Of a stretch of DNA of 64,000 nucleotides, positions 19,121-28,099 are shown piece after piece. Both the position numbers and the translations under genes were made by a program. This DNA comes from Peptostreptococcaceae bacterium (GTDB lineage: Bacteria > Bacillota > Clostridia > Peptostreptococcales > BM714). A model generated the notes under the pieces. That model made no database searches, was not told the DNA's origin, and saw nothing but the letters and a program-made list of their open reading frames with translations. The stretch is from contig JAENWJ010000003.1 in assembly GCA_016649995.1 (NCBI GenBank), positions 349-64,348 on the forward strand. Direction: 5' to 3'. Every line of letters begins with the position of its first letter. Position 1 is the first letter of the stretch.

Positions 19121-21920
19121 ATGGTCTTTTATAGATGGGATCCGATGTGTATTTCAGCCCGTCATTGGTGATGTATATGGTCATAAGGTTTAGGTCGGTG
19201 AATATGTCTATTCCGGCAATTTTGGGTGTTGAAGGGGCTGCTATAATCTTGAGCCCACTTTTCATTTTGCTGATTAAGTTTCCATCTCTTGAGGGGACAA
19301 TTGCATAGGTTTTTCCTCCGGTGCGCGCTCTGTAATCCTCGAGCCACTCAAGTACAAGATCTTCTTCTAGTGGGTCGGAGAAGTTCCACGGCTCGGACAT
19401 AGACAGAAGTATGTTTTTTTCTCCGGCCTTTTCGAGCTGGTCTCTGAGCCATGGTATCTGGGATGCACTTGAGGTTCGAAGTCCTGTTTTTGAAGAGTTG
19501 TCGAGATTTAGAACAAGAAGGTTTGTGCCGCCCGTGGCGCTATAGCCGGCGGAGTTCCCTATTAGGGGGGCCTTCAGTCTTTTGTTAAGATCTTCGCTAA
19601 TAGGACTAGGAGCCAAAGCAAAGTTGGATTTTTCGGCCAAAGCTGCAAGTCTTATATGGATTAGTCTGTCAAGCATTGTGGAAACAGGCCTTGTGTTTCC
19701 AAAGACTGAGATGGTGAGGAGCGGATTCTCGGGCGCATTGTCAAGAAGGTTTTCGTCTTTGGGAATCGCGAGTTCTTGAACATTTACCTGGCCGCTTGAT
19801 GGTGTTTTGTAGAAGGCTGTCAGCTCGTCGAACCAAATTTGACCCGAGGCTTTGTTTTCGGGATCTGTCTCTACTAGGTAAATTTGTTCAAGCCGTATGG
19901 GGAATGATACACCTGATGGGATGGACGCCTTAACGAAACGCCAGCCATCCCAGTCCACATAGCGAGCAAGGTCTAAAGTAGATGATTTTCCTTCGTTGTC
20001 TGTAATTTTGGCCCTGAGCCAGTGTCCTCCGCCATTATCGCCCTTTATCCAAAGCCCTATCTGGGACGGCGTGGAGTATATTTTTTTATTTAGATTTAGA
20101 TAGGCGGCCCTGGTGGCATCACTGCCGCTGAAGTCATATGTCATGACTCCCGATGAGTCGCCAATTTTGCTTATGCCGCCATCTATTCCGTAGGACCCCG
20201 TTACGGCCTCTGGATACCCGGAGAATGTGTCTCCTGGGTTTTCAAAGTCGTTGAAAACGAATGAAGTGTATCCTATTGAAACCGGAATTTCATCGGTGAA
20301 GGTGCCGAGAGAAACCGAAACTTTACCGCTTGATGCACGGTTTGAGGCGGAAAAGGTGTTGCCGGAAAGGCTACCGATACGATCCGGAACGGTGGCTGAA
20401 ATGTCTTCGAAGTCGACAGAAACTTCATATCCTTCGGAGGTATGGACAATTGCTTTTATTTCCGCAGTCCCATTAAGGTCGAGTGAAATGTTTCTCGGAT
20501 AGAGACGGATTCCTACGGGATTTTCTACGCATAGAAGGGTTATGCTACGAGAATTGCCTTTGTAGGTGCCCGTGATTGTCGAGCGTCCTGATCCTTCCGG
20601 ATAGAAGCGTCCGCTTTTAACTAGCCCATTTCCGGCTACAGACCATTCCACTTCATTGGGGTTGCCAATAGCGGGGTTTCTGTTCTTGTCGAAAAATAGG
20701 GTTTCTAGTAAACGCGATGTGCCGTCAACAACCCTTTCGTCCGATACATCTATGCGAAAATCCGAGGCTGCAAGGTTTGTCTTGAGGCTTGTTGCCGCTA
20801 TTGCGTTTGCAACACACCTTTCGGCCGAGCCGGAAGGTGTGTTGGCTATTGAAAGATTCGTTTCGCCAAGGCGGCGAGCGAGCATTTCTGTCGAGCCGCC
20901 ACCGTCAAGGTTGATTGCGTTCCATGCGCCAAGGTTTTTCATGTAGGAGGCAAGCTCTGCCTCTGTCATTCCTGCTGCCGATGAGCTTCTGCCGTCTACC
21001 GTAAGGAGCCAAAACCTGCTTCCACTTTTGTCTACGCCAAGTGCCGTTCTGGGGTTGCGTCCCGGAATAGGCATGGAGAAGCTGCTTGGAATTGCTCCGT
21101 TTTTAAGAAGGAGGCTCCCTCCTCCGAATGCGTCTGTGATGTTTTCTATTGAAGGAATCAATTCCATTTCCAGATTAACCAGTTGGTTTTGCTTGAAGGA
21201 TTCTGTCAAAGCTGATACTTTTGTACCGATAGCTGCAACAATAAAATCTAGAGAATCAATGTCGAGTGAGGATGCTTCTGTTTCAAAGCCGGTTACCTGT
21301 CCATTTGCGACTCCCATGTATATTGCGTCGGGCTTTTGGGGAGGAAGGCCTTCCCATGCCTTATCGTATACTATGATTCTGTCGTTTTTAAGATATGGCT
21401 TGTTGATTAATTCCACGGAGAGTTTGCTTCGGCTTGAGAGGTTATTAAGCGTATATGTTTCTTCAAAGGCTCCTCCGATTTGAAGCATGCCGTCAGCATC
21501 TGTCCATGCGGTGTTGAAGCCGGGGTCTTTTATTGAGCTGGATAAAAGAATGCCGTCTTTTATTACGGGGCCCATTGATACTGAAAGGCCGGTGTCGAAG
21601 AAGTCCCCGTTTACGACTGCCACGGCACCTGGCTGCGCAAGAGCAAGGACTGAAAGCGCGGCTCTTGCGTTTGCCTTTTCTTCAGAGAGAAGGCTAAGGC
21701 TCACCCCATTTTCTGACAGGTCTCCCTCTGTGATATGTATTGGAAGCCAACCGTTTTCTGTAAAAATCATGTTTTCCGTATATGTGATACCGTTTCCTAT
21801 CTGTTCGGTAAATTCAGTTTCGTGCAGTATGTCGTAATCGGCGAAGGCAAATGTGCCGGAAGCAAGAAGGCAAGCCAAACCTATGCAAAATATCTTTATC
21901 TTTTTCATTTTCATTTTCAT
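19119..21920 (-). CDS. Secreted multidomain protein with phosphodiester glycosidase (DUF2233/NAGPA-like) domain
   Basis: 933 aa. Signal peptide MKMKMKKIKIFCIGLACLLASGTFAFA. AWNAINLDGGGSTEM motif. Beta-rich Ig-like middle region. Confidence 0.55.
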   Translation of the reverse strand: MKMKMKKIKIFCIGLACLLASGTFAFADYDILHETEFTEQIGNGITYTENMIFTENGWLPIHITEGDLSENGVSLSLLSEEKANARAALSVLALAQPGAVAVVNGDFFDTGLSVSMGPVIKDGILLSSSIKDPGFNTAWTDADGMLQIGGAFEETYTLNNLSSRSKLSVELINKPYLKNDRIIVYDKAWEGLPPQKPDAIYMGVANGQVTGFETEASSLDIDSLDFIVAAIGTKVSALTESFKQNQLVNLEMELIPSIENITDAFGGGSLLLKNGAIPSSFSMPIPGRNPRTALGVDKSGSRFWLLTVDGRSSSAAGMTEAELASYMKNLGAWNAINLDGGGSTEMLARRLGETNLSIANTPSGSAERCVANAIAATSLKTNLAASDFRIDVSDERVVDGTSRLLETLFFDKNRNPAIGNPNEVEWSVAGNGLVKSGRFYPEGSGRSTITGTYKGNSRSITLLCVENPVGIRLYPRNISLDLNGTAEIKAIVHTSEGYEVSVDFEDISATVPDRIGSLSGNTFSASNRASSGKVSVSLGTFTDEIPVSIGYTSFVFNDFENPGDTFSGYPEAVTGSYGIDGGISKIGDSSGVMTYDFSGSDATRAAYLNLNKKIYSTPSQIGLWIKGDNGGGHWLRAKITDNEGKSSTLDLARYVDWDGWRFVKASIPSGVSFPIRLEQIYLVETDPENKASGQIWFDELTAFYKTPSSGQVNVQELAIPKDENLLDNAPENPLLTISVFGNTRPVSTMLDRLIHIRLAALAEKSNFALAPSPISEDLNKRLKAPLIGNSAGYSATGGTNLLVLNLDNSSKTGLRTSSASQIPWLRDQLEKAGEKNILLSMSEPWNFSDPLEEDLVLEWLEDYRARTGGKTYAIVPSRDGNLISKMKSGLKIIAAPSTPKIAGIDIFTDLNLMTIYITNDGLKYTSDPIYKRP

Positions 21921-21941
21921 TTCATTATCCTCTTTTCAATT

Positions 21942-22664
21942 TTACTTTTGTTTTGGGTTCCAAATGCTTAGTTGTTTGGGGTTTGTAAGAGCCTTGAGGA
22001 GATTTTCCCGTCCTCTGGGGTTTTCTTTGTCTATCTCACGCAGGAGTTCCTTCATGTAATCCCTTTTCGTTGCGCCCTCGGCGGGGCATTTGCTTTTTAT
22101 TACGGGAAAGTTGTTGCGCCTTGTTGCGCTAATTATGTCCTTTTCCTCGGCATAAACCAGTGGCCTTATTACGGTTATTCCCTGGCGGTCAAGATGGGTT
22201 ACCGGCATGAATGAGTGTATTCTGCCTTCATACAACATACTTAGAAGCAAAGTTTCTATAGCGTCGTCTCTGTGATGTCCTAGGGCAGCCTTGCTTACGC
22301 CGTGCTTCTTTAGCAGGTTGTAAAGGGCCCCTCTCCTGAGGTTTGCGCACAGCGAGCATGGATTCTTTTCCTTTCGCACATCAAATACGATTTTATATAT
22401 GTTTGTTTTTTCAATGATGTATTCTATTCCAAGATCTAAGCAGAATTTTTTTATTGGGCCGAAATCGAATTCTTCATATCCCATGTCAATAGAGAAGGCT
22501 TTTATTGTGAATGGAACCGGGTAAAAGTTTCTTAGCAGGTGGAGCCCATAGAGAAGGGTAAGTGAATCCTTTCCTCCGGATATTCCAACACCGATTACAT
22601 CTCCCGGTTGTATCATTTCATATTCCTGGGCGGCTTTTCGCATACAGCCTAGCACTTTTCGCAT
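21942..22664 (-). CDS. PP-loop ATPase, TtcA-family tRNA thiolation enzyme-like
   Basis: PP-loop GISGGKDS, and Cys motif NPCSLCANLRRG as in TtcA. The start was moved to the ATG at 22664 (MRKVLG), 6 nt after SD AAAGGAG. Confidence 0.7.
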   Translation of the reverse strand: MRKVLGCMRKAAQEYEMIQPGDVIGVGISGGKDSLTLLYGLHLLRNFYPVPFTIKAFSIDMGYEEFDFGPIKKFCLDLGIEYIIEKTNIYKIVFDVRKEKNPCSLCANLRRGALYNLLKKHGVSKAALGHHRDDAIETLLLSMLYEGRIHSFMPVTHLDRQGITVIRPLVYAEEKDIISATRRNNFPVIKSKCPAEGATKRDYMKELLREIDKENPRGRENLLKALTNPKQLSIWNPKQK

Positions 22665-22739
22665 ATTTTTCTCCTTTGATTGTTCTGATGCCTTCATTAT
22701 ACATCTGTTGGGAGGGGGACTTGATTAAGAAAGGGTTAC

Positions 22740-22970
22740 AAAGGGGTCGCAGGTTGGGGTTTGCATTTCCGGCTGCGCCCTGCTGATGTTTCTCAGCCCC
22801 CTTTGTCTTTCGCGAAAATCTAAAATTCGCAAACTCACTCCGTGTCGGGCCAAGGCCAAAGCGAATTTCTAACGATTTTCACTTATCCAAAGTGGTGAGA
22901 AACTATCCATCGCGCGATGCCGTTCAATCCGAAGCCCCAACCTGCTTTTGGGGATAAGAAAGTACAAGGG
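22740..22970. repeat. Copy A of a ~231-bp structured repeat
   Basis: About 90% identical by eye to 23119-23349, at a constant offset of 379 bp. The ends are inverted: GGGGTCGCAGGTTGGGG ... CCCCAACCTGCTTTTGGGG. Internal hairpin GAAAATCTAAAATTCGC...GCGAATTTCTAACGATTTTC. Confidence 0.9.
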
Positions 22971-23039
22971 AAAAAGGAAATCCAAAGGGGTCGCAGTTTA
23001 AGAATCGAATTTTCGGCAAGGTACGTTCTTACATCCTCT

Positions 23040-23116
23040 GGCTCGTGAACTAATTATGCAGCTGCGAACTGCTCATGCTTCGCGTGCCCTGTGGGTATTC
23101 GATGGGTTTTGTCTAT
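23040..23116. repeat. Left arm of a long imperfect inverted repeat bracketing copy B
   Basis: CATGCTTCGCGTGCCCTGTGGGTATTCGATGGGTTTTGTCT is the reverse complement, with a few mismatches, of AGACAAAAATCTACGAATACTTACAGGGCACGCGAAGCTATG at 23357-23400. Weaker complementarity extends outward. Confidence 0.8.
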
Positions 23117-23118
23117 CA

Positions 23119-23349
23119 AAAGGGGTCGCAGGTTAGGGCTTGCATTTCCGGCTGCGCCCTGCTGATGTTTTTCAATCCCCTTTGTCTTTCGATAAAACCT
23201 AAAATCCGCAAACTCGCTTCGCATCGGGCCAAGGCCAAAGCGGATTTCTGACGATTTTATCTTATCCAAAGTGGTGAGAAACTATCCATCGCGCGATGCC
23301 GTTCAATCCGAAGCCCCAACCTGCTTTTGGGGATAGGAAAGTGCAAGGG
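23119..23349. repeat. Copy B of the ~231-bp structured repeat
   Basis: See copy A. Confidence 0.9.
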
Positions 23350-23356
23350 AAAGGAG

Positions 23357-23450
23357 TAAGACAAAAATCTACGAATACTTACAGGGCACGCGAAGCTATG
23401 GATCGTTCGATGCTTTTAATCAGGTTCATTCGCCAAGCTTGTTATATGAA
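23357..23450. repeat. Right arm of the inverted repeat bracketing copy B
   Basis: See the left arm. Confidence 0.8.
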
Positions 23451-23483
23451 GCTAGCCGTGTTTCGGATTGTATCGGTTTTCAA

Positions 23484-23538
23484 GATGCCGTTCAATCCGA
23501 AGCTCTAACCTGCTCTTGGGGATAGGAAAGTGCAAGGG
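23484..23538. repeat. Partial copy C (the 3'-terminal 55 bp of the repeat unit)
   Basis: GATGCCGTTCAATCCGAAGCTCTAACCTGCTCTTGGGGATAGGAAAGTGCAAGGG matches 22916-22970 and 23295-23349. A related 33-nt motif (A)AGGGG(T)CGCAGTTTAAGAATCG(A/T)ATTTTCGGC occurs at 22984-23016 and 23565-23598. Confidence 0.85.
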
Positions 23539-23602
23539 GAAAGTGAGAAAAAAATGAAATCGAGAAGGGGGCGCAGTTTAAGAATCGTATTTTCGGCTGC
23601 AC

Positions 23603-23640
23603 AAAAAAAGAAAGCGCAAGGTTTTCACTTTACGCTTTCT
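23603..23640 (-). terminator. metK terminator
   Basis: On the minus strand: GAAAGCG-loop-CGCTTTC followed by a U run (plus-strand A run at 23603-23609). Confidence 0.75.
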
Positions 23641-23666
23641 CTTTTTGTTGATTTTAAATATGTTTC

Positions 23667-24872
23667 TTATTTATCTAATCCGGCTTCTTTTCGGAGTATC
23701 TCGGCTTTGTCTGTTTTTTCCCAGGCAACGTCTAGGTCTTCTCTTCCCATGTGTCCATATGCCGCAAGTTTTTTGTATATGGGTTTTCTGAGGTCAAGTT
23801 TCTCTATAATGGCTGCAGGCCTAAGATCAAAATGCTTTTGAACAAGCTCAGAGATTTTATCTTCGTCAATCACTGCAGTTCCGAAGGTTTCAACCATTAC
23901 GGACACGGGTCGGGCAACACCTATGGCGTATGCCAGTTGCACCTCGCACTTGTCTGCAAGTCCTGCTGCGACAACATTCTTTGCTACATATCTTGCGGCG
24001 TAGGATGCAGAACGGTCGACCTTTGTGGGATCTTTACCGGAGAAGGCTCCGCCGCCGTGTCTTGAATATCCTCCGTAGGTGTCGACAATTATTTTTCTTC
24101 CTGTAAGGCCCGCGTCTCCCTGTGGTCCTCCGGTGACGAACTTGCCTGTTGGATTAACATAGTATTTTGTATTCTCATCAAGCAGATTCTTGGGAATTAC
24201 AGCCTTTATAACATGCTCGATCATGTCTTTTTCGATTTGTTCATGTGTAGCTGTTTCGCTGTGCTGCGTAGAAATTACAACGGCGTCAACCCTTGCCGGT
24301 TTTCCGTCGACATACTCGACAGTAACCTGGGATTTTCCATCGGGTCTAAGGTATGAGAGATAGAAAGACTTGTCCTTTCTTACAAAAGCCAAACGCTTAA
24401 CGAGTTTGTGCGCAAGAGAAATGGGAAGAGGCATCAGCTCGGGAGTTTCGTTGCATGCAAATCCATACATGAGTCCCTGGTCTCCGGCTCCTGTTTTATT
24501 GTAACGATCTTCATCGTTTTCGCTTTCCTTTTTCTCCTTGGAATTGTCAACTCCAAGCGCTATATCACTTGACTGCTTGTCTATGGATGTAAGCACCGAA
24601 CAGGTGTCGCAGTCGAATCCGTACTTAGCCCTTGTGTATCCTATTTCTCGCACTGTATCCCTTACTATTCCTGTTATGTCTACATAGCAATTGGTAGTTA
24701 TCTCACCAATTACAAGCACCAAGCCTGTTGTAACGGCTGTTTCGCAAGCCACGCGAGCCTCGGGATCTTCCTTGATTATTGCGTCGAGGATTGCATCCGA
24801 AATTTGGTCGCAGATCTTGTCTGGATGCCCTTCGGTCACCGATTCGGCCGTCATTAAGAATTTTTTTGTCAT
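23667..24872 (-). CDS. metK: S-adenosylmethionine synthetase
   Basis: [35 protein letters not shown] and [16 protein letters not shown] motifs. 401 aa. Confidence 0.97.
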   Translation of the reverse strand: MTKKFLMTAESVTEGHPDKICDQISDAILDAIIKEDPEARVACETAVTTGLVLVIGEITTNCYVDITGIVRDTVREIGYTRAKYGFDCDTCSVLTSIDKQSSDIALGVDNSKEKKESENDEDRYNKTGAGDQGLMYGFACNETPELMPLPISLAHKLVKRLAFVRKDKSFYLSYLRPDGKSQVTVEYVDGKPARVDAVVISTQHSETATHEQIEKDMIEHVIKAVIPKNLLDENTKYYVNPTGKFVTGGPQGDAGLTGRKIIVDTYGGYSRHGGGAFSGKDPTKVDRSASYAARYVAKNVVAAGLADKCEVQLAYAIGVARPVSVMVETFGTAVIDEDKISELVQKHFDLRPAAIIEKLDLRKPIYKKLAAYGHMGREDLDVAWEKTDKAEILRKEAGLDK

Positions 24873-24924
24873 TTTGATGCCTCCTTGTTTTGGTTGTTTC
24901 TTGATACCCGGAGCGACTTTTAAT

Positions 24925-24952
24925 TAAAAAACCTCTTCCCAAAGGAAGAGGC
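24925..24952 (-). terminator. Riboswitch expression-platform terminator
   Basis: Minus strand: CCTCTTCC-tttg-GGAAGAGG followed by UUUUUU, between the aptamer and the metK SD. Confidence 0.85.
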
Positions 24953-24959
24953 ATATTTA

Positions 24960-25075
24960 TACCGTCTGTTCCTCATCTTCCAGATTCAATCTGTAGGATT
25001 TGGCACCGCGTATTTCTACCGGTTGCCGGGCTTCGTAGGGCCTATTCCCTCCACCACTCTTGATAAGGTATCAAG
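24960..25075 (-). promoter_or_regulatory. SAM-I (S-box) riboswitch
   Basis: The minus strand reads CTTATCAAGAGTGGTGGAGGGAATAGGCCCTACGAAGCCCGGCAACCGGTAGAAATACGCGGTGCCAAATCCTACAGATTGAATCTGGAAGATGAGG. This matches the conserved S-box core directly upstream of metK. Confidence 0.95.
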
Positions 25076-25099
25076 TTTTTATTTAGTTTTACAACATAT

Positions 25100-25128
25100 A
25101 TAGTACACCCTGCGCAAATACCTGTCAA
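25100..25128 (-). promoter_or_regulatory. Sigma-A promoter of the S-box/metK unit
   Basis: Minus strand: TTGACA (25128-25123), a 17-nt spacer, then TACTAT (25105-25100). Confidence 0.7.
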
Positions 25129-25153
25129 GAAGCTTTTTGCGCTTTTTTCTTGC

Positions 25154-25627
25154 TTATATTATTGCCTTGCTAAGGAGCGTTACAAGAATAGCTGCTATGC
25201 AATCTCCGGTTAAAATTGCTAGAAATGCTCTTTTTATGGGGATGTTGAAAAGGGATGCGGCCATTGCACCAGTCCAGACTCCCGTAGAAGGGAGCGGTAT
25301 GGCAACGAAAAGAATCAGTCCGTATGCACTGTATTTCTTTATGTTTTCCGCCCTGCGATTTGTTCTGCGCGTCAATGTGTCTACTATTTTAACACCGGTA
25401 TTGCTTCCCCTCATCCTAGTGAATACAGGCTTCATAAATAAAAGTATGAAGGGTACAGGGAGCATGCTTCCTGCTAAAGAAATCAATGCCGCTGAAAAAG
25501 GATTCATTCCTTCCGCAATTCCGAGAGGAATGGCGCCCCTGAGCTCGACTATGGGAAGCGCCGCAACTAAAAAAACCCGTATTTCTAAAGCCATGAAATT
25601 TATCAATTTAATTATGGACGTTTCCAA
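25154..25627 (-). CDS. Small multidrug-export-like membrane protein (COG2426-type)
   Basis: 157 aa, four hydrophobic segments, and a family-typical VELRGAIPLG motif. Confidence 0.55.
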   Translation of the reverse strand: METSIIKLINFMALEIRVFLVAALPIVELRGAIPLGIAEGMNPFSAALISLAGSMLPVPFILLFMKPVFTRMRGSNTGVKIVDTLTRRTNRRAENIKKYSAYGLILFVAIPLPSTGVWTGAMAASLFNIPIKRAFLAILTGDCIAAILVTLLSKAII

Positions 25628-25819
25628 TAGATATCACCGCCTAAAGCATTCTAACGATATTATACACTAATCCGGCTTGAAAGAATCCTTAATTATAAAA
25701 CCGTGGGGCTTTCACTGCGTAGCAATGATATAGAAGAATTCGGTAGCTCGACAGTTTTTTACCCAACTTAAAAATTATAAACGCTATTTTTAATCCGGTT
25801 TAAATTAAAACAATATTCT

Positions 25820-26506
25820 ATGGCCAACTTTTTACAAGGTCGGCTTTTTTCTTTTGAAATGAAAAACCGTATGATGGCACTGCCAGGCAAATCATGGGAA
25901 CCGGTTCCCCAAAGGAATGGGGAAATGGACAAAAGTATACAGTATATGGTTGTTGACACGGCGGAGGGCAGGTCTGATTTTCGGGGGGTTGTAGTCAGAA
26001 GGCTTGAACCCCTTATAAAGAAATCCATTGGTAGATTCTATTATGGCGATATGGATTATGAGGACCTGATGCAAGAGGGCAGGCTGCGCCTACTCAAGGA
26101 AATTGACCGTTTTGATCCGGAAAGAGGCACGGTATTTCTTGGTGTTGCGCAGAAGTCGTTAAGGTATCTTTATTGTGAGCTAAGGAGGAAAAAAGTTCCG
26201 CTTTGCCTGCTCAATGTTTGCATTAGAGGGGACGGCGATAACAGGGAAGAAATAGACCTAATTGAGGATTTGGTAGATATCGGGGACCTTTGCATAGGCA
26301 AGGAGATCAGGCTGACTATGAAGGGGGCTTTCGATAGGTTGAGGCCTGTGCACAAGGATATGATCAGGGAGTATTTTTTGAAAGGAAAAACACTTAGGCA
26401 GATAGCCGGAGAGAGGGGAATACACTACATGACGGCTGTGCAGCGAAAGAGAAGGGCTCTTGAGGAATTGGGAAAAAATCTTGAAGATATGGGATACGAA
26501 GTATAA
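25820..26506 (+). CDS. Sigma-70 family RNA polymerase sigma factor (YvrI/SigO-like context)
   Basis: Region 2: YEDLMQEGRLRLLKEIDRFDPERGTVFLGVAQKSLRY. Region 4 HTH: KTLRQIAGERGIHYMTAVQRKRRAL. The true start is possibly the ATG at 25925 (MDKSIQY). Confidence 0.8.
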   Translation: MANFLQGRLFSFEMKNRMMALPGKSWEPVPQRNGEMDKSIQYMVVDTAEGRSDFRGVVVRRLEPLIKKSIGRFYYGDMDYEDLMQEGRLRLLKEIDRFDPERGTVFLGVAQKSLRYLYCELRRKKVPLCLLNVCIRGDGDNREEIDLIEDLVDIGDLCIGKEIRLTMKGAFDRLRPVHKDMIREYFLKGKTLRQIAGERGIHYMTAVQRKRRALEELGKNLEDMGYEV

Positions 26507-26570
26507 ACAATCCGGTCAAGGCTCATTTATATAGTAGACCGGTCGGAAGAAAAAAAAGGAGGTGCTTTGT

Positions 26571-26798
26571 ATGGCAGTAGTATCGCAGGCAAAAGATTCT
26601 AAACTTAGAATCAAGTACATCGAGGGTATCGATGTTGAGGGAAACAACATCGTTAAGACCAAGACCTATTCAAAGGTCAAGGCAGAATCGGCGGATGCCG
26701 ATGTTTATGCGGCAGCCGATGCAATGATGAATCTTCAATCTAAATCGATTGAGGAAATTGCAAGAATTGATGAAGAAGAACTGGTAGATGAAGTATAG
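26571..26798 (+). CDS. DUF1659 domain protein
   Basis: 75 aa from the ATG at 26571 (8 nt after SD AGGAGG). The pattern ...LRIKYIEGIDVEGNNIVKTKTYSKVK... and the pairing with DUF2922 and YvrJ genes are typical of Firmicutes. Confidence 0.6.
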   Translation: MAVVSQAKDSKLRIKYIEGIDVEGNNIVKTKTYSKVKAESADADVYAAADAMMNLQSKSIEEIARIDEEELVDEV

Positions 26799-26815
26799 GA
26801 AGGGGGGCATAAAAA

Positions 26816-27028
26816 ATGAGCGATAGGCTTGAAATGACTTTCAACAACAACGCAGGAACAACCTCGAAAATCTCTGTCGACAATCCAAAAGTGGATTTGA
26901 CGGCGGTTGAGGTTCAAACGGGAATGGGCGCAATAGTGACTGCAAATATCTTTGACAGCACCGGTGGGGATCTTGTTTCCGCAAAGAGCGCCAGGGTTGT
27001 AAGCACAGAAATCAATGAGTTGTTCTAG
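26816..27028 (+). CDS. DUF2922 domain protein
   Basis: 70 aa, LEMTFNNNAGTTSKISVDNPKVDLT.... It is the usual partner of DUF1659. Confidence 0.6.
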   Translation: MSDRLEMTFNNNAGTTSKISVDNPKVDLTAVEVQTGMGAIVTANIFDSTGGDLVSAKSARVVSTEINELF

Positions 27029-27031
27029 GAT

Positions 27032-27108
<77 letters not shown>

Positions 27109-27110
27109 GG

Positions 27111-27138
27111 AAGGCGGTCGAGTGGTGACCGCCTTTTG
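27111..27138 (+). terminator. Rho-independent terminator
   Basis: AAGGCGGTC-gagtggt-GACCGCCTT followed by TTTG. Confidence 0.75.
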
Positions 27139-27166
27139 TCAACTTAAAAAAAGAGGGTGATTGCGG

Positions 27167-27310
27167 ATGGAAGAGATTTATGCGAATGTTGCCAATCTGG
27201 GTTTCCCGATAGCCGTTTCAGTATACCTGCTGGTGCGGATTGAAGGGAAACTCGAGAGGCTTACGGAAAGTATTCTTGAGCTTTCCAGGGTAATCAATAT
27301 AGAGAGATAG
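27167..27310 (+). CDS. YvrJ-family small membrane protein (absent from the ORF track because it is under 60 aa)
   Basis: 47 aa: MEEIYANVANLGFPIAVSVYLLVRIEGKLERLTESILELSRVINIER. SD AGAGGGTGA lies upstream. The expected DUF1659/DUF2922/YvrJ synteny is present. Confidence 0.7.
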   Translation: MEEIYANVANLGFPIAVSVYLLVRIEGKLERLTESILELSRVINIER

Positions 27311-27330
27311 CAGGGAAAACAGCAAAAGAA

Positions 27331-27492
27331 GCGTGCAGCGGGCAGTGGGCAGAAAAAGATAAAGAAAAAGATAAAGAAAAAGATAAAAGAGCAAAGGCAG
27401 TGGGCAGTGGGCAGTTGGCAGTGGGCAGTTGGCAGAAAAGGATAAAGATAAAGATAAAATAGCAAGGGAAGCGTGCAGCGGGCAGAAAAAGA
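27331..27492 (+). repeat. Heptamer array (GCGTGCA GCGGGCA GTGGGCA; AAAAAGATAAAG x3; GCAGTGG/GCAGTTG x5; GATAAA units; GCGTGCA GCGGGCA)
   Basis: Read directly. It is bracketed by a 25-nt near-direct repeat AGCAA(AA/GG)GAAGCGTGCAGCGGGCAG at 27321 and 27461. Confidence 0.95.
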
Positions 27493-27493
27493 C

Positions 27494-27519
27494 AGAACAA
27501 TCATTGGTTTTGTTCTTTT
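27494..27519 (+). terminator. Rho-independent terminator after the yvrJ array
   Basis: AGAACAA-tcattggtt-TTGTTCT followed by TTTT. Confidence 0.6.
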
Positions 27520-27807
27520 GGTAGTATAACAAAATCTGGGTTCTTTCTCATATTGTGTGGATTTAGCTTTTAACTAAGTTAAGATGATACATTATAATTG
27601 CCAATTGTGATATACTTTTTCATGAGTGATTTACTTATTACTCCTACTCATAAGATAGCCTCACGGAACTAACCGAGCGTGTTTTTTCAAGGCTTTCATA
27701 AAACACTAATATTACAATCCTCCTATTTTTACTAGGAGGTATTTCTTTTTTTGCTTGTGAAATTGGAAATTATTTTTGTAAAATCCATCTGATAGACTAT
27801 TAAAATC

Positions 27808-27835
27808 TTGACTTCATGAACCGACTTGGTATGCT
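27808..27835 (+). promoter_or_regulatory. Putative sigma-A promoter with extended -10, antisense to the small ORF
   Basis: TTGACT (27808-27813), a 16-nt spacer ending in TGg, then TATGCT (27830-27835). Confidence 0.4.
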
Positions 27836-27941
27836 AGCCAACAGTTCCTAAAGTAAAGACATGAAAAGCCGTTATCTGTCTTTTATATAGACATCCAATA
27901 GCGACTACTGCAGCTACTGCAGCTACTGCGACTACTATCAC
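27834..27941 (-). CDS. Speculative 35-aa hydrophobic peptide (type I toxin-like)
   Basis: GTG-initiated (M)IVVAVAAVAAVVAIGCLYKRQITAFHVFTLGTVG. There is no convincing SD. A degenerate frameshifted duplicate lies at about 27975-28010. Confidence 0.2.
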   Translation of the reverse strand: MIVVAVAAVAAVVAIGCLYKRQITAFHVFTLGTVG

Positions 27942-28054
27942 GAGATTCCACTAATTTATCACCTTAAAACCCTACAGCGACTGCTAAGACTACTATATTT
28001 TTCTGTCACGAGATTCCTACTCGATTGTGAAAAAGGAACTTTGGTATAGACGAC

Positions 28055-28081
28055 TAAATGAATTTTAAAAATTACCGATAG
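28055..28081 (+). promoter_or_regulatory. Possible SigD-type promoter upstream of the cheA remnant
   Basis: TAAA-N15-ACCGATAG, compared with the consensus TAAA-N15-GCCGATAT. Confidence 0.4.
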
Positions 28082-28099
28082 AATAAACATAAGCAGTCT

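Noticed and set aside
23054-23508. ORFs 23054-23269 (-) and 23296-23508 (+) in the metK-ttcA intergenic region
   Set aside because: Both start inside copies of the 231-bp repeat (the ATG of 23296 is part of the repeated GATGCCGTTCAATCC motif), have no SD, and have low-complexity products.
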